Shown: positions 9,861-20,212, numbered from the stretch's first letter. The stretch is 64,000 nt of DNA from Candidatus Latescibacterota bacterium (GCA_963662665.2 CAXXJS010000010.1:192001-256000); one strand, 5' to 3'. Numbers and translations: made by a program. The notes: generated by a model not told the origin, from the letters alone.

Positions 9861-10891
9861 GGCGTAAATACGACCTTCAACGCCTCCATATTCTCGGCGG
9901 CCGCGAACCCTTTCTCCCACTCTGTAAGGGGCAACCGGTGTGTAACTATCGTATCGACCTCGATCTTTCCGTCGGCAATCATCCAGATGGTCTTGTCCCA
10001 ACTCGCGTATTCCGTCGACATATTGAAAAAGAGCGTCACGACCTTGGTCATTGCCGCATCCCAGTCCAGCTGCACGGGACGCTTGCCTGTAAGGCCGATG
10101 GCGCAAATCCGACCCCATTTACACACCAGATCCACTGCCTGAGCGATGGCCGGCGGCGCGCCCGAGCACTCAATTACGAGATCCGCCCCCTTGCCGCCTG
10201 TCAGTTCCATGCAGCGCTCCACCGGATCCGCCTCTGCGAAATTTACAACGTGTTCCACGCCCAGCCTGCGAGCCGCCGCCAGGCGCAATTCCTCGTCTGC
10301 CGGGGCGCCCACGATCATCACTTCGCGGGCCCCGGCGACCCGGGCTACCTGGGCCGCCAGCAGGCCGATGGGCCCGGGCCCCAGCACCACCACGAAATCC
10401 CCCACCTCAATCGCTTGCCGGTCGATGATATCCGTTACCGTATTGGCCGCAGGTTCAACCAACGCGCCCTGCTCAAAGCTCATATGGTCCGGTATCCGGT
10501 GCAACAGGTTGGTGGGATATTTGATGTATCTGGTGAACGCGCCATCGATACCCCAACCAGGAGATCTCTTCTCGAGACAATTCTGAATATGCCCTTTCCG
10601 ACACAGGAAACACTTGCCGCAGTGGAGTGTATGCGGCTCGCCAACCACGCGGTCGCCGACCTTCCAATCCAATACCGAATTTCCAACTTCGACGATCTCA
10701 CCCGAGAACTCATGGCCCAGGATCACGGGCGGCCAGTACGGAAACGTATCGTGTTTCACGTGTACATCGGTACCGCAGATGCCCGCCGCCTTTACTTCAA
10801 TCAGAACCTCATCATGCGTGATTTCGGGCTCCGGCACGTCGCGCAGTTCCAGAAATCCAACGCCTCGTTTGGTCTTGACAACCGCCTCCAT
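9857..10891 (-). CDS. Zinc-binding (MDR family) dehydrogenase
   Basis: CGTD, GHEFSG, CGKCFLC...C, GPGPIG. Confidence 0.93.
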   Translation of the reverse strand: MEAVVKTKRGVGFLELRDVPEPEITHDEVLIEVKAAGICGTDVHVKHDTFPYWPPVILGHEFSGEIVEVGNSVLDWKVGDRVVGEPHTLHCGKCFLCRKGHIQNCLEKRSPGWGIDGAFTRYIKYPTNLLHRIPDHMSFEQGALVEPAANTVTDIIDRQAIEVGDFVVVLGPGPIGLLAAQVARVAGAREVMIVGAPADEELRLAAARRLGVEHVVNFAEADPVERCMELTGGKGADLVIECSGAPPAIAQAVDLVCKWGRICAIGLTGKRPVQLDWDAAMTKVVTLFFNMSTEYASWDKTIWMIADGKIEVDTIVTHRLPLTEWEKGFAAAENMEALKVVFTP

Positions 10892-10952
10892 AATCTACTC
10901 CTTATTTATGTTGGATCTCGCAACAGTTGCACGCACAAGGCACGAATTCCCC

Positions 10953-10981
10953 TTGAAATCCGGGGTTGGATAATGTATAAT
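10953..10981 (+). promoter_or_regulatory. Near-consensus sigma70 promoter
   Basis: TTGAAA-17 nt-TATAAT. Confidence 0.5.
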
Positions 10982-11040
10982 CAATTTTACAATACGGCCG
11001 ACCGGCGTTTAACCGGTCGGCTGATCCGATTATGAGGAAA

Positions 11041-11232
11041 TCATCCGCAATCCAGACAACGCACTTCGTCGAAAATCCGACCTTGCTCATCCGGCTCGTC
11101 GATTGCGAAATTTACGAGGCACCGAACCGCCTTCGAAGCGTCTTCCAGACGGTATTTGGCGGCGACCTCTCCCAGAAACGCCATCTGGTGTGTTTCCAGC
11201 AAGATCTCGAAAGTCTGCTTTTCCTTGAACAC
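11041..11232 (-). CDS. Small hypothetical protein, C-terminal CxxC
   Basis: 63-aa ORF with upstream GGGAGG RBS, ending RCLDCG. Confidence 0.65.
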   Translation of the reverse strand: MFKEKQTFEILLETHQMAFLGEVAAKYRLEDASKAVRCLVNFAIDEPDEQGRIFDEVRCLDCG

Positions 11233-11429
11233 GCCAACACCTCCCTGTCGAGTCGGATTCCACCTTGCAGGCAGTGATTTTTCTGCGTTTCCAAAGATTC
11301 ATGATAGGGTTTCGGCAGTGCATTGTCAATGGGGATTCATTTCCCCGCACCCCGCTTCTTGCGGTCCGGCCGGCACCCGGCACAGCAAATCGAAAACAGC
11401 GCGTTTACTGATCGTCGGCTCCTGAATTC

Positions 11430-14288
11430 ATGTCAATACTTGAATCTTTCATTGCCATTGACCTCGAAACTTCCGGCCTGGAACCACCGCGCGCCGAAAT
11501 CCTGGAAATCGGCGCTGTACGTGTGGAAAACGGTCAAATCGTCGACCGTTTTCAAAGCTACGTCAAGCCGAAAGGCGTCATTCACGACGAAACCATCCGT
11601 CTCACCGGCATCACGGCAGCGACGGTCCGCGATGCGCCGCCAATCGACGCCGCTTTCGGAAATTTTCGGGGTTTCGTTGCCGATCTGCCCCTCATTGCCC
11701 ATCAGGGCCGTTTTGAATCCCGTTTCCTTACAGCCTTTGCCGACTTACCCATCGCGAATTCGGTACACAGCGTCCGCGAACTCGCCCGCGCCGCCCTGCC
11801 AACCCTCCATGATCACCGCGTTGAAACCCTTGCCGGACACTTCTCCGTTCAGTGCGAAGCACCCCACAAAGCACTTACCGACGCCGAAACCCTGGCGGGG
11901 ATCTACCTCAATCTGGTTGAACTGCTACGTTCCGTGTCCCTGCATTTGAAGCAGCAAATGCTGAGTTTGCTGCAGGGCTCCAGGTCGGGGCTGCTTCCCA
12001 TCCTGGTCGAATTGGCCAGTGAAGGCGCGAGGAAGGAGTTCATGAGCCCGAAGCGGGGCGGGCGGCCACCCGACACCCGGTTATTCAACGCCGGCGGGGA
12101 GACGCCTCAGATTGAGGGCGACCCGTCCGAACAGCCGCTGGATCCAGCGGTGGTCTGCGGCATGCTCGAACCCGGAGGATGCTTTGAGGAGGAGATCTCC
12201 GGGTACGAATATCGTCCCCAGCAGGTCGACATGGCGCAAGCGGTGACCGAAGCCATCAATGACGGGCGGCACCTGGCGGTGGAGGCCGGTACCGGCGTGG
12301 GTAAATCGATCGCCTACCTCGCGCCGTCCATACTCTATGCCGTAAGGAACAATGTACGATTTATCGTTTCGACCAACACAAAAAACCTCCAGGAGCAGCT
12401 CTTTTTTAAAGACTTGCCATTGCTGGCGTCGATCCTGGACGCGCCGTTCCGCTACGCGCTGCTCAAGGGTCGAAACAACTATATTTGTCTAAACAGGTGG
12501 GATTCCTCGCTGGCCAATCCGGACGCCAGCTTTACGCCGAACGAACGCATCGGTGCGTTGCCCCTGGTGCTGTGGGCGGAAACGACCGGCACGGGGGACA
12601 TCACCGAGAATACAGGATTCGACCTGGGACGAAATGCAGGCCTGTGGGCTAAAATCTGTTCCGACTCGGGCTTTTGCCGAAGCCAGCGATGCCGCAACAA
12701 CGGACGGTGTTTCGCCAACAACATCCGGAGAACGGCTACTAGAGCGCATCTGGTGGTAATCAATCATTCGTTGCTCTTCTCCGATCTAGTCACCGAGAAC
12801 GCCATCCTGGGTGAGTACTCCCACCTGGTTCTGGATGAAGCGCACAATCTGGAAAAAGTCGCCGCGCACTACCTTGGGAAGGAACTCAGCCTATGGCGGG
12901 TCAAGAACGTCACCGATCAATTGTGCGGCCCGGGTTCGTCGGACGCGGGAACTCTGCCAGCCCTCAGACACTGGATCGCCGTTGCCGATCCGGAACCGGC
13001 CACAGTCAAAGCCTTTGACGCCGGCATCAAGTCGGCGACCATTGCCGCACAGGACCTCTGGCTCCGGGCACGGACATTTTTCGAGGAACTTTCCCGCCAC
13101 GTGCTGCAACGTGTGGGCGCGCCGGGAAATGCATACAGGGAGAAGGTCCGATATCGACCCGGGGAGCCCACCTTCGATGCCATGGACGAATCGCTGGTGC
13201 CGTTTTCGGTGTCCCTGGATGCGCTCTGCAGCCGTCTTAGGGACCTCTCCGACTGGCTTCGAGACCTGCCGGGGCACACCTTTGTCAACCAGGACGAGAT
13301 CGGCAACGAACTCGTCGGTTGCATCGAAACCGCCCAGACCATTAAAGACGACCTGATCGACCTCGTCGCCGCCGGCGATGAGAACGCCGTCTACTGGCTG
13401 GAGTTACCGGGTACTGAAAAGAGCGCCGATACGCGGCTTTTTTCCGCTCCGCTGGATGTATCGGAGATGCTGAACATCGGGCTCTACGAAGGTAAGTCCA
13501 CGATCGTCTTCACGTCCGCCACGCTGGGTATCCGGGGCAGGCTTACCTATTTTCTGCGGCGCATGGGCCTCGAAACCATGCCCGGGACCCGCCTGCAGAC
13601 CCTGTGCCTGGGATCCCCGTTCGACTACCGGAAACAGGCCTTCGTATGCACGCCGCGCTTTATGCCGTCGCCCAAATCAGCCGATTTCCAGGAAGCCGTG
13701 GACGCATTGCTGTACGAACTGATGCTCAAGACGAAACGTGGCACCCTGGCCCTCTTCACGTCGTACGGTATGTTGAACCGGACGTATGACGCCATAAAGC
13801 CGGAACTGCGCGCCAACGGCGTTCTCGTGCTGGGACAGGGCATCGACGGATCCCGCACGAATATCACGAACCGCTTCAAACTCGAAGAAGCCGCCATGCT
13901 CCTGGGTACCGACAGCTTCTGGGAAGGCATCGACGTTCCGGGCAACGCCCTCCAGGTTCTGGGCATTGTACGTCTGCCGTTCGCCGTGCCCTCGGAACCG
14001 CTTGTAGCCGCCCATATCGAGGAACTCGAAAAGCAGGGCAAAGACCCGTTCCTGAATTACTCGGTACCCGAAGCCATCCTGAAGTTCCGGCAGGGATTTG
14101 GTAGACTGATCCGCAACAATACCGACCGGGGGGCGGTCGTGGTGTTGGACAGCAGGGTACTCAGCACCCGATACGGCCGGGCTTTTCTGCAGGCCCTCCC
14201 GGTGGGTCATCATACTTTCAATTCCCGGGAAGAAATGATCGGGGCCATTGCCGCCTGGTTTGAAGACGCAAACGGGACAAACCATTGA
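11430..14288 (+). CDS. dinG: DnaQ-like exonuclease / DinG family helicase fusion
   Basis: DLETSG and HKALTDA (DEDDh); EAGTGVGKS, DEAHNL, FWEGIDVPG, QGFGRLIR. Confidence 0.93.
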   Translation: MSILESFIAIDLETSGLEPPRAEILEIGAVRVENGQIVDRFQSYVKPKGVIHDETIRLTGITAATVRDAPPIDAAFGNFRGFVADLPLIAHQGRFESRFLTAFADLPIANSVHSVRELARAALPTLHDHRVETLAGHFSVQCEAPHKALTDAETLAGIYLNLVELLRSVSLHLKQQMLSLLQGSRSGLLPILVELASEGARKEFMSPKRGGRPPDTRLFNAGGETPQIEGDPSEQPLDPAVVCGMLEPGGCFEEEISGYEYRPQQVDMAQAVTEAINDGRHLAVEAGTGVGKSIAYLAPSILYAVRNNVRFIVSTNTKNLQEQLFFKDLPLLASILDAPFRYALLKGRNNYICLNRWDSSLANPDASFTPNERIGALPLVLWAETTGTGDITENTGFDLGRNAGLWAKICSDSGFCRSQRCRNNGRCFANNIRRTATRAHLVVINHSLLFSDLVTENAILGEYSHLVLDEAHNLEKVAAHYLGKELSLWRVKNVTDQLCGPGSSDAGTLPALRHWIAVADPEPATVKAFDAGIKSATIAAQDLWLRARTFFEELSRHVLQRVGAPGNAYREKVRYRPGEPTFDAMDESLVPFSVSLDALCSRLRDLSDWLRDLPGHTFVNQDEIGNELVGCIETAQTIKDDLIDLVAAGDENAVYWLELPGTEKSADTRLFSAPLDVSEMLNIGLYEGKSTIVFTSATLGIRGRLTYFLRRMGLETMPGTRLQTLCLGSPFDYRKQAFVCTPRFMPSPKSADFQEAVDALLYELMLKTKRGTLALFTSYGMLNRTYDAIKPELRANGVLVLGQGIDGSRTNITNRFKLEEAAMLLGTDSFWEGIDVPGNALQVLGIVRLPFAVPSEPLVAAHIEELEKQGKDPFLNYSVPEAILKFRQGFGRLIRNNTDRGAVVVLDSRVLSTRYGRAFLQALPVGHHTFNSREEMIGAIAAWFEDANGTNH

Positions 14289-15760
14289 ATCCCCAGGGCG
14301 TGACATCCATCAAAGAGCCACTGGCGAAACTGCTCACGCAGGTGCCCCAGGTGAACCATCCGCTGATCGGCCAGGCCTATCACCTTGCCAGCGCGAGTCA
14401 CGAAGGACAACACCGGGACGAGGGGCAGCCGTTCATCACCCATCCCATCGCCGTTGCGCTCATCCTGGCATCCGAACTCGGATTCGCCAGAGATACGGAA
14501 ATGATAGCCGCAGCCCTTCTCCACGACGCTGCGGAAGACTCCGTGCTGACCCCGGACGAGGACATTCTACCCACGTTCGGGCCGGGGGTAACGGAACTCG
14601 TGAAGGGTGTAACCAAAGTTGACGAACCGAGCACCCGCAGCCGGTCGGCCCGCCGGTCGGCAACGCTCCAAAGGCTATTCACCGCCGCACACCGTGACCC
14701 GAGGGTACTCATTCTGAAACTCGCGGACCGGGTGCATAACATGCGCAGTATCGCGGGCATCAAGGACGCCAGACGCCAGAATCGAATTGCACAGGAAACC
14801 ATAGACGTCTACGCGCCGCTTTCCCGCCTGCTGGGCATGGACCGCATACGCAGAGAACTGGAAGACCGCAGCTTCGGCTGCCTGCACCCGCGCGTCTACG
14901 ACCAGCTTGACCGCCTCATGCAAGAGGGTCCGCCTCAATCCTTTCTCGACTTTCAGACCGGAATGCGCGATATATTCGCGGACCACGGAATCCGCACACG
15001 CATCCGGCTCCGGACCAGGACACTAAGAAGTATCTACGGTAAAGCCACTACTGGCACGCGTTCCGGCGACAAACGCCTGCCTGCAGACAACGTCCACGAC
15101 CGATATACCGTCATCGTTATCGTCTCCAATCGTTACGCGTGCTACAGGACGCTGGGAATTATCCATCACAGGTTCTCCCCTCTGATGGACGGCGTAAAAG
15201 ACTTTATCGCCTTGCCCAAACGGAACGGTTACCAGGCCCTGCAGACAACCGTCATCGACAAGGGGCGGCGCTTCGAAGTCGCCATCCAGACTCCCTCTAT
15301 GTACAGAATGGGTGAACTGGGCGTGGCGACCCTTCGCGGCGGAGAACTTCAGGAAGAACGGCGGACCCGCTGGCTTCAGGAACTGGCCGAGTGGCATGAA
15401 CACGGCGGCTCCGGCGTGCAATTTCTGGACGAGGTCAAACGCATGCTCTTTATCCATGAAATGGCCGTTTTCACTCCCAACGGCGATCCCATTATTTTGC
15501 CGGAAGGCGCCACCCTTGCGGATTTTGCATTTGCGGTCCACACGGACCTGGGCTTGCACTGCATCGGCGGGCGCATCAACGGCAAGCCCGCATCGCGTTT
15601 TTCGGTTCTGAGCTGGGGTGACACGATCGAAATAGATACCGCGCCCCACCAGCAGCTTAAACGCTCCTGGCTGCGTTACGTGAAGACCTACCGCGCCCGC
15701 CGCCTGATACGGCGTCACATCACCCGCGCGGAATCGTCCGGCGAACAGATCATCGAGTAA
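14285..15760 (+). CDS. RelA/SpoT homologue (HD hydrolase, degenerate synthetase, TGS)
   Basis: LLHDAAED, KLADRVHNMR, PKRNGYQ, VFTPNG..DFAFAVHT. Confidence 0.88.
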   Translation: MNPQGVTSIKEPLAKLLTQVPQVNHPLIGQAYHLASASHEGQHRDEGQPFITHPIAVALILASELGFARDTEMIAAALLHDAAEDSVLTPDEDILPTFGPGVTELVKGVTKVDEPSTRSRSARRSATLQRLFTAAHRDPRVLILKLADRVHNMRSIAGIKDARRQNRIAQETIDVYAPLSRLLGMDRIRRELEDRSFGCLHPRVYDQLDRLMQEGPPQSFLDFQTGMRDIFADHGIRTRIRLRTRTLRSIYGKATTGTRSGDKRLPADNVHDRYTVIVIVSNRYACYRTLGIIHHRFSPLMDGVKDFIALPKRNGYQALQTTVIDKGRRFEVAIQTPSMYRMGELGVATLRGGELQEERRTRWLQELAEWHEHGGSGVQFLDEVKRMLFIHEMAVFTPNGDPIILPEGATLADFAFAVHTDLGLHCIGGRINGKPASRFSVLSWGDTIEIDTAPHQQLKRSWLRYVKTYRARRLIRRHITRAESSGEQIIE

Positions 15761-15849
15761 CCGGAAATCCACGCGCAAATGTCGATGTCGGTGTTTTCTT
15801 TCAACAATCCTTCATTCCCGTTACTACTGAATCGCGGAGGAGTCACGAT

Positions 15850-16191
15850 TTGAAATCCCACGCTTTCTTCTTCGCTGCGATCCTTTTCCTCGCGGCCTGT
15901 GGCGAGGGCGCCGAACGCGTCCGGGCTGAAATCTCCGTACAGGAAAAGAGGATCGTCCATGCAAAAACGGTTCTTGCGCTCGAACAAAAGCGCCTGGCGG
16001 CGTTGCAGGACAGCCTTGAAATCAATGTCCGGCAGAATATTTCCCTGAATATGGACACAACCACCGCCGCGTCGATCGAAAAGGAACGCTTGCAACTCCA
16101 GGAGACAATTGTCGAAACGGCCAGGCGCAACCTCGACAGCCAGAAGGAGTTTCTGGCCCTCCTGCAAAAACGCCTTCAAGCCCTCAGATAG
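15850..16191 (+). CDS. Hypothetical coiled-coil lipoprotein
   Basis: GGAGG RBS, lipobox LAAC, helical heptad-like remainder. Confidence 0.7.
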   Translation: MKSHAFFFAAILFLAACGEGAERVRAEISVQEKRIVHAKTVLALEQKRLAALQDSLEINVRQNISLNMDTTTAASIEKERLQLQETIVETARRNLDSQKEFLALLQKRLQALR

Positions 16192-16324
16192 CCCCTGACA
16201 ATACCGGATGGATCAATCCCTTGCCCAGGGGTACTGTCACGCCCGGCGAAGAACCCGATGTACCGACCCCGGACCCCCGTGGCTCGCCCCGCGGTCCGGA
16301 TCCGGTCTTCGTTCGAGGTCCATC

Positions 16325-18568
16325 ATGAAAATCCCATCGAGAGAAATTACGGTTGCGAATCGATTCATTTATTACTACGCCAACTTCGTGGAACGATTCT
16401 ACGGCTACGTCATGCGACGGGACGGTCGCAACGTCGCCGGCGAACACTACGTGGGGCGCTTGAAAGAATCAGCGCTATCGACGCGCTCCCGGCCCGGAAG
16501 GAAAACGTCCCATCCGGCGATTCGCCGCAGGTTACGGGAGCGACCTCTTCAGGTAACGCCTTCAGGTCGGAAAACCATCGCCGAGGCCGTACGTGGTGAA
16601 ATTGTACTGTTTCTGTATCGGAAGCGTCTGATGCTGGGATACTATTCACATCCGCTCTGGGGAAAACGCATCTGTATCGCCGCGGAGGACGGCAGGCGCC
16701 TGGTAATTCGAAGAAGATCCCTGGTCTACCTTACCGGGGTCGGTGTAAATGGCAATCGCGACTTCCTCCGAACCTACGAAGCGTCGGTACGCACGCTGGC
16801 AAAACACATCGACCTCGAGGAAATCTGGCATGTCCTTAGAGACGACCAGCCTGTTTACCAGATCTCTGACATCGGCGCGCTCCTTTGGGGCGACGACCCG
16901 GACCCCTCGCGTTGGCTTGCCCTTTACATCCACCTGGATGCCGCCTGCCCATACTTCGTACGGTCCCGAACGGACACCTGTCGTCCCCTCGAATCAGATG
17001 AAGTGAAGAACCGAATGAACCATCTCGCCGGGAATGAGACGCTGACTCACGAGCTGGCGGAATTTCTCTACTGGCTGGGGGACGACGAGGAGCCCTACGA
17101 TCCGAAGTCGCTCACGGGCAGGCAGCGCGACTGGCTCGAACAGATCAGGGGATACGCCCTTTGGGGAATCGAAGCGGACCGCGGCGGGCGCGCCCGGGAA
17201 ATGCTCCGTCAACTGGATACTGCGAAAGGCGACCGTCGGCGGTATGCGTTTGAGTTGATGGTCAGGAAACGCATTTGGGATCCCGATGAGGACCTGGATC
17301 TCCTCCGGGCGGATCTCTCGCCCGATTTCACGGCCGAAGTCCTGAGTGAGGCCGACGGAATCGATCTGGCGGGGATCCTGAAAGGCCGGCGAAGACTCCG
17401 TCGCGGGTTCTTCTCCATACAGACGCCAGCCGGAGACCAACCCGAACTCGCCTTCTCGCTCAAGCGCCGGTGGCGAGGCGGATACGAACTCGGCGTACAC
17501 ATCCCTGACGTTACCGCGTATGTACCGACGGAAACCGCGCTGGACAGGGCTGCGTCCGATCGGCTGGCGACACTGCAACTTCCCGACCTCACGCTTCCGA
17601 TGCTGCCGCCACGCCTGACAGACGACATCGGGCGGTTCAAAGTGGATAGACGGCGACCCGCGGTAAGCCTGCTCTGGATACTCGATCGGAATCTGAACCT
17701 CGGGGACCTGCGCGTTGTACTTTCGTCGATCAAACTGCGAAAACGTCTGACTGCCGGGGAAACGGAGGCAATCGACACGGGGGAACATCACAGGCTTTCC
17801 GGACCCCTGCGGATTCTGGGCAGTCTGACGCGTTCCCTCCGTGAACAACGCGAACGCCGCGGGGCAATTGAGAATTTCGGCCAGATACGGGTCAAGACCG
17901 GAAACGGCGGGATCGTCGTCCAACAGACGGACCCCGCCGACCCCGGAGCCGGCATTCATCACGAGCTGGCGCTTCTTGCCGCCGTTGAACTGGGAAGGTG
18001 GTGCGCGCACCGCAACATCCCTGCCATTTACCTGACCCAGGACGCGGTCCTGAACCGGCTCGAATTGGATAAAATCCACCATCCGATTGTTCGCCGGCAC
18101 GAAATCCGTCGCAAGACGCCGTATCCGACATACAGCGCCGAGCCCGATGACCACCACGGATACGGGATTCGCGCGTGCTGCGCGGCCGTCGCGCCGTGCG
18201 ATCGTTATACGGACCTGATGGTTCAGAGACAGATCGTCCATTATCTGAGAGTTGGCGCTCCACTGTACACAGCCGGTGAACTCGACGCCGTCCGCTACCG
18301 CGCCCGGGAAGAATACGTGCGCCATGCCGACCTGCGCCGCCGCCGTGAGCATTTCCTCGTCCTTAACCAGCTTGAGACGTTAAAAAATCGGACGCTTTCC
18401 GCCATTGTGCTTCATTCAGGGCGCGACGGCGCACTGATTGAACTTGAGGAATTCCCTATCAAGACCCGGGTCCAAGCACCCCGATCCGTAAGAGCGGGAG
18501 ACACGCTCAAACTTCGCGTTACCGGCGTCGACCGCTGGCGGCGCGACCCCCATTTTCTTGTATTGTAG
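16325..18568 (+). CDS. RNB-domain (RNase II/R-like) protein, catalytic motif degenerate; start uncertain
   Basis: LGVHIPDV, LPMLPP.L, HHGYG, RYTDLMVQRQI; S1-like C-terminus. Confidence 0.8.
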   Translation: MKIPSREITVANRFIYYYANFVERFYGYVMRRDGRNVAGEHYVGRLKESALSTRSRPGRKTSHPAIRRRLRERPLQVTPSGRKTIAEAVRGEIVLFLYRKRLMLGYYSHPLWGKRICIAAEDGRRLVIRRRSLVYLTGVGVNGNRDFLRTYEASVRTLAKHIDLEEIWHVLRDDQPVYQISDIGALLWGDDPDPSRWLALYIHLDAACPYFVRSRTDTCRPLESDEVKNRMNHLAGNETLTHELAEFLYWLGDDEEPYDPKSLTGRQRDWLEQIRGYALWGIEADRGGRAREMLRQLDTAKGDRRRYAFELMVRKRIWDPDEDLDLLRADLSPDFTAEVLSEADGIDLAGILKGRRRLRRGFFSIQTPAGDQPELAFSLKRRWRGGYELGVHIPDVTAYVPTETALDRAASDRLATLQLPDLTLPMLPPRLTDDIGRFKVDRRRPAVSLLWILDRNLNLGDLRVVLSSIKLRKRLTAGETEAIDTGEHHRLSGPLRILGSLTRSLREQRERRGAIENFGQIRVKTGNGGIVVQQTDPADPGAGIHHELALLAAVELGRWCAHRNIPAIYLTQDAVLNRLELDKIHHPIVRRHEIRRKTPYPTYSAEPDDHHGYGIRACCAAVAPCDRYTDLMVQRQIVHYLRVGAPLYTAGELDAVRYRAREEYVRHADLRRRREHFLVLNQLETLKNRTLSAIVLHSGRDGALIELEEFPIKTRVQAPRSVRAGDTLKLRVTGVDRWRRDPHFLVL

Positions 18569-18646
18569 ACGACCCGGACGCCGCGGACGTGAAACTGCAG
18601 CCCCCGGCCGGCAGGGCAGCCTCACGCACCACGACAGGAGACCCCG

Positions 18647-20212
18647 ATGAACGATGACACAGCATTGATCTCACACTGGAAACTGGACGGCGACTGCCGG
18701 GACCACGCAGGCGTCAACCACGGAGAGAATCACGGCGTTGCCTTTTCACCCGACGGCGCCCGGTTCAACGGCCGAGGCGCCCATATCCGGGTGCCCTCCA
18801 CACGTTCGCTCAACTTCGGCGTCGATGATTTCACCATATCGGTACACGTGCATACCGACGAAATCCTGGACGACGTGCCGGGAGACATCCTCAGCAAATA
18901 CGACCCCGACTCCCGCACGGGCCTTAACTTCGGACTGGCGAACAGCGCGGGCGTCACGGCGGCGCAATCCAACTACCGCCACCTCCAATTCGGCATTGAC
19001 AGCGGCCATCCGGGCGAATGGATCGACTGCGGTCGCCCCGGCAACAACCTGCGCGTCTACTCGCTCTGCGTCTACGACGGCGACCTCTACGCGGGTACGT
19101 TCGAAACCGGCGCGAACGAGTCCGGCGGCGTCTACCGGTACGACGGGACCGCCGGATGGATCGATTGCGGGCACCCGGACATGTGCAATACCATGGCATC
19201 GCTCTGTGTTTTCGATGGAACCTTATACGCGGGATCCTCCCGCTACAAGGCCGGTGGTTCCGCCCTTCCGGAATCCGAAAACCAGAATCCGGGCGGAAAC
19301 ATGTTCAGGTACGAAGGCGGTTCCCGCTGGACGCCCGTAGGCCGGCTGGAGGGCGCGGATTCCTGCGCCGGAATGGCCGTCTACAGGGGACGGCTCTATG
19401 CCATCCCGCTCTACAGCCAGGGCGTATTCCGCTACGACGGCGGTGACGCCTGGACTTACTGCGGCACCCCGGGTAGACGCATGATGTCACTGGGGGTATT
19501 CAACGGCCATCTCTACGGCGCCGGAAACGAAGGAGAGGCAGCCGGCGGCGTGTTCCGCTACGACGGCGGAACCGGGTGGGCGCATGCGGGCGGTCAGGAG
19601 GGCGTGACGCAGGTCTATTCGTTCGCCGCCCACAACGGCAGACTCCACGTGGGCACCTGGCCCCAGGGCAAGGTCTTCCGGGACGACGGTGAAGACCCAT
19701 GGACGTGCGCCGGACGCCTGGGCGAGGAACTGGAAGTCATGGCGATGGCCGTTTACAACGGCAAACTCTACGCCGGCACCCTGCCCCTGGGCCAGGTCTA
19801 TCGGTACGACGGGGGTGACACCTGGACCCTCACGGGCCAGCTCGACACAACCCCCGACGTGAAATACCGCCGTGTCTGGTCCATGGCCGTTTACCGGGGG
19901 AAACTGTTCGGCGGCACGTTGCCGTCCGGCCGCGTCTACGCAATGGAGGCCGGCGCCAACGTGAGCCACGACCGCGAACTCGCGGCCGGGTGGCGTCATC
20001 TCGTGGCGGTTCGCCATAGCAACCGCCTCCTGCTCTACGTCGACGGCAAACAGGTTTCCGCGTCGTCGGCCTTCAATTCCTCCGAATTCGACATCGCGAA
20101 CGACGTGCCCCTCAAGATCGGCGACGGCGGCGTCGACACCTTCAACGGGCGGCTCAGGGATCTTCGTCTTTATGGCCGCGCCCTTTCGGGGGCGGAAATC
20201 GCGGACCTGTAG
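18647..20212 (+). CDS. LamG-like domain protein with inserted beta-propeller repeats
   Basis: HWKLDG..DFTIS at N-terminus; WRHLVAV..LYVDG..LRLYGRALS at C-terminus; ~7 internal VYxGxLYAG..VYRYDG..W repeats. Confidence 0.8.
   Translation: MNDDTALISHWKLDGDCRDHAGVNHGENHGVAFSPDGARFNGRGAHIRVPSTRSLNFGVDDFTISVHVHTDEILDDVPGDILSKYDPDSRTGLNFGLANSAGVTAAQSNYRHLQFGIDSGHPGEWIDCGRPGNNLRVYSLCVYDGDLYAGTFETGANESGGVYRYDGTAGWIDCGHPDMCNTMASLCVFDGTLYAGSSRYKAGGSALPESENQNPGGNMFRYEGGSRWTPVGRLEGADSCAGMAVYRGRLYAIPLYSQGVFRYDGGDAWTYCGTPGRRMMSLGVFNGHLYGAGNEGEAAGGVFRYDGGTGWAHAGGQEGVTQVYSFAAHNGRLHVGTWPQGKVFRDDGEDPWTCAGRLGEELEVMAMAVYNGKLYAGTLPLGQVYRYDGGDTWTLTGQLDTTPDVKYRRVWSMAVYRGKLFGGTLPSGRVYAMEAGANVSHDRELAAGWRHLVAVRHSNRLLLYVDGKQVSASSAFNSSEFDIANDVPLKIGDGGVDTFNGRLRDLRLYGRALSGAEIADL

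Noticed and set aside
9770-11035. Long antisense ORFs here and elsewhere (25961-27061, 29823-31097, 46473-47798, 56372-57934, 58917-60215, 61367-62599)
   Set aside because: Shadow frames of real genes, expected at high GC; no recognisable motifs.
11000-11043. Possible Sec read-through of the TGA after CLDCG in the 63-aa gene
   Set aside because: The TGA does not occupy a recognisable Cys motif, and the downstream hairpin has a 7-nt loop unlike the two GUU SECIS candidates. An ordinary stop plus terminator-like hairpin explains it.
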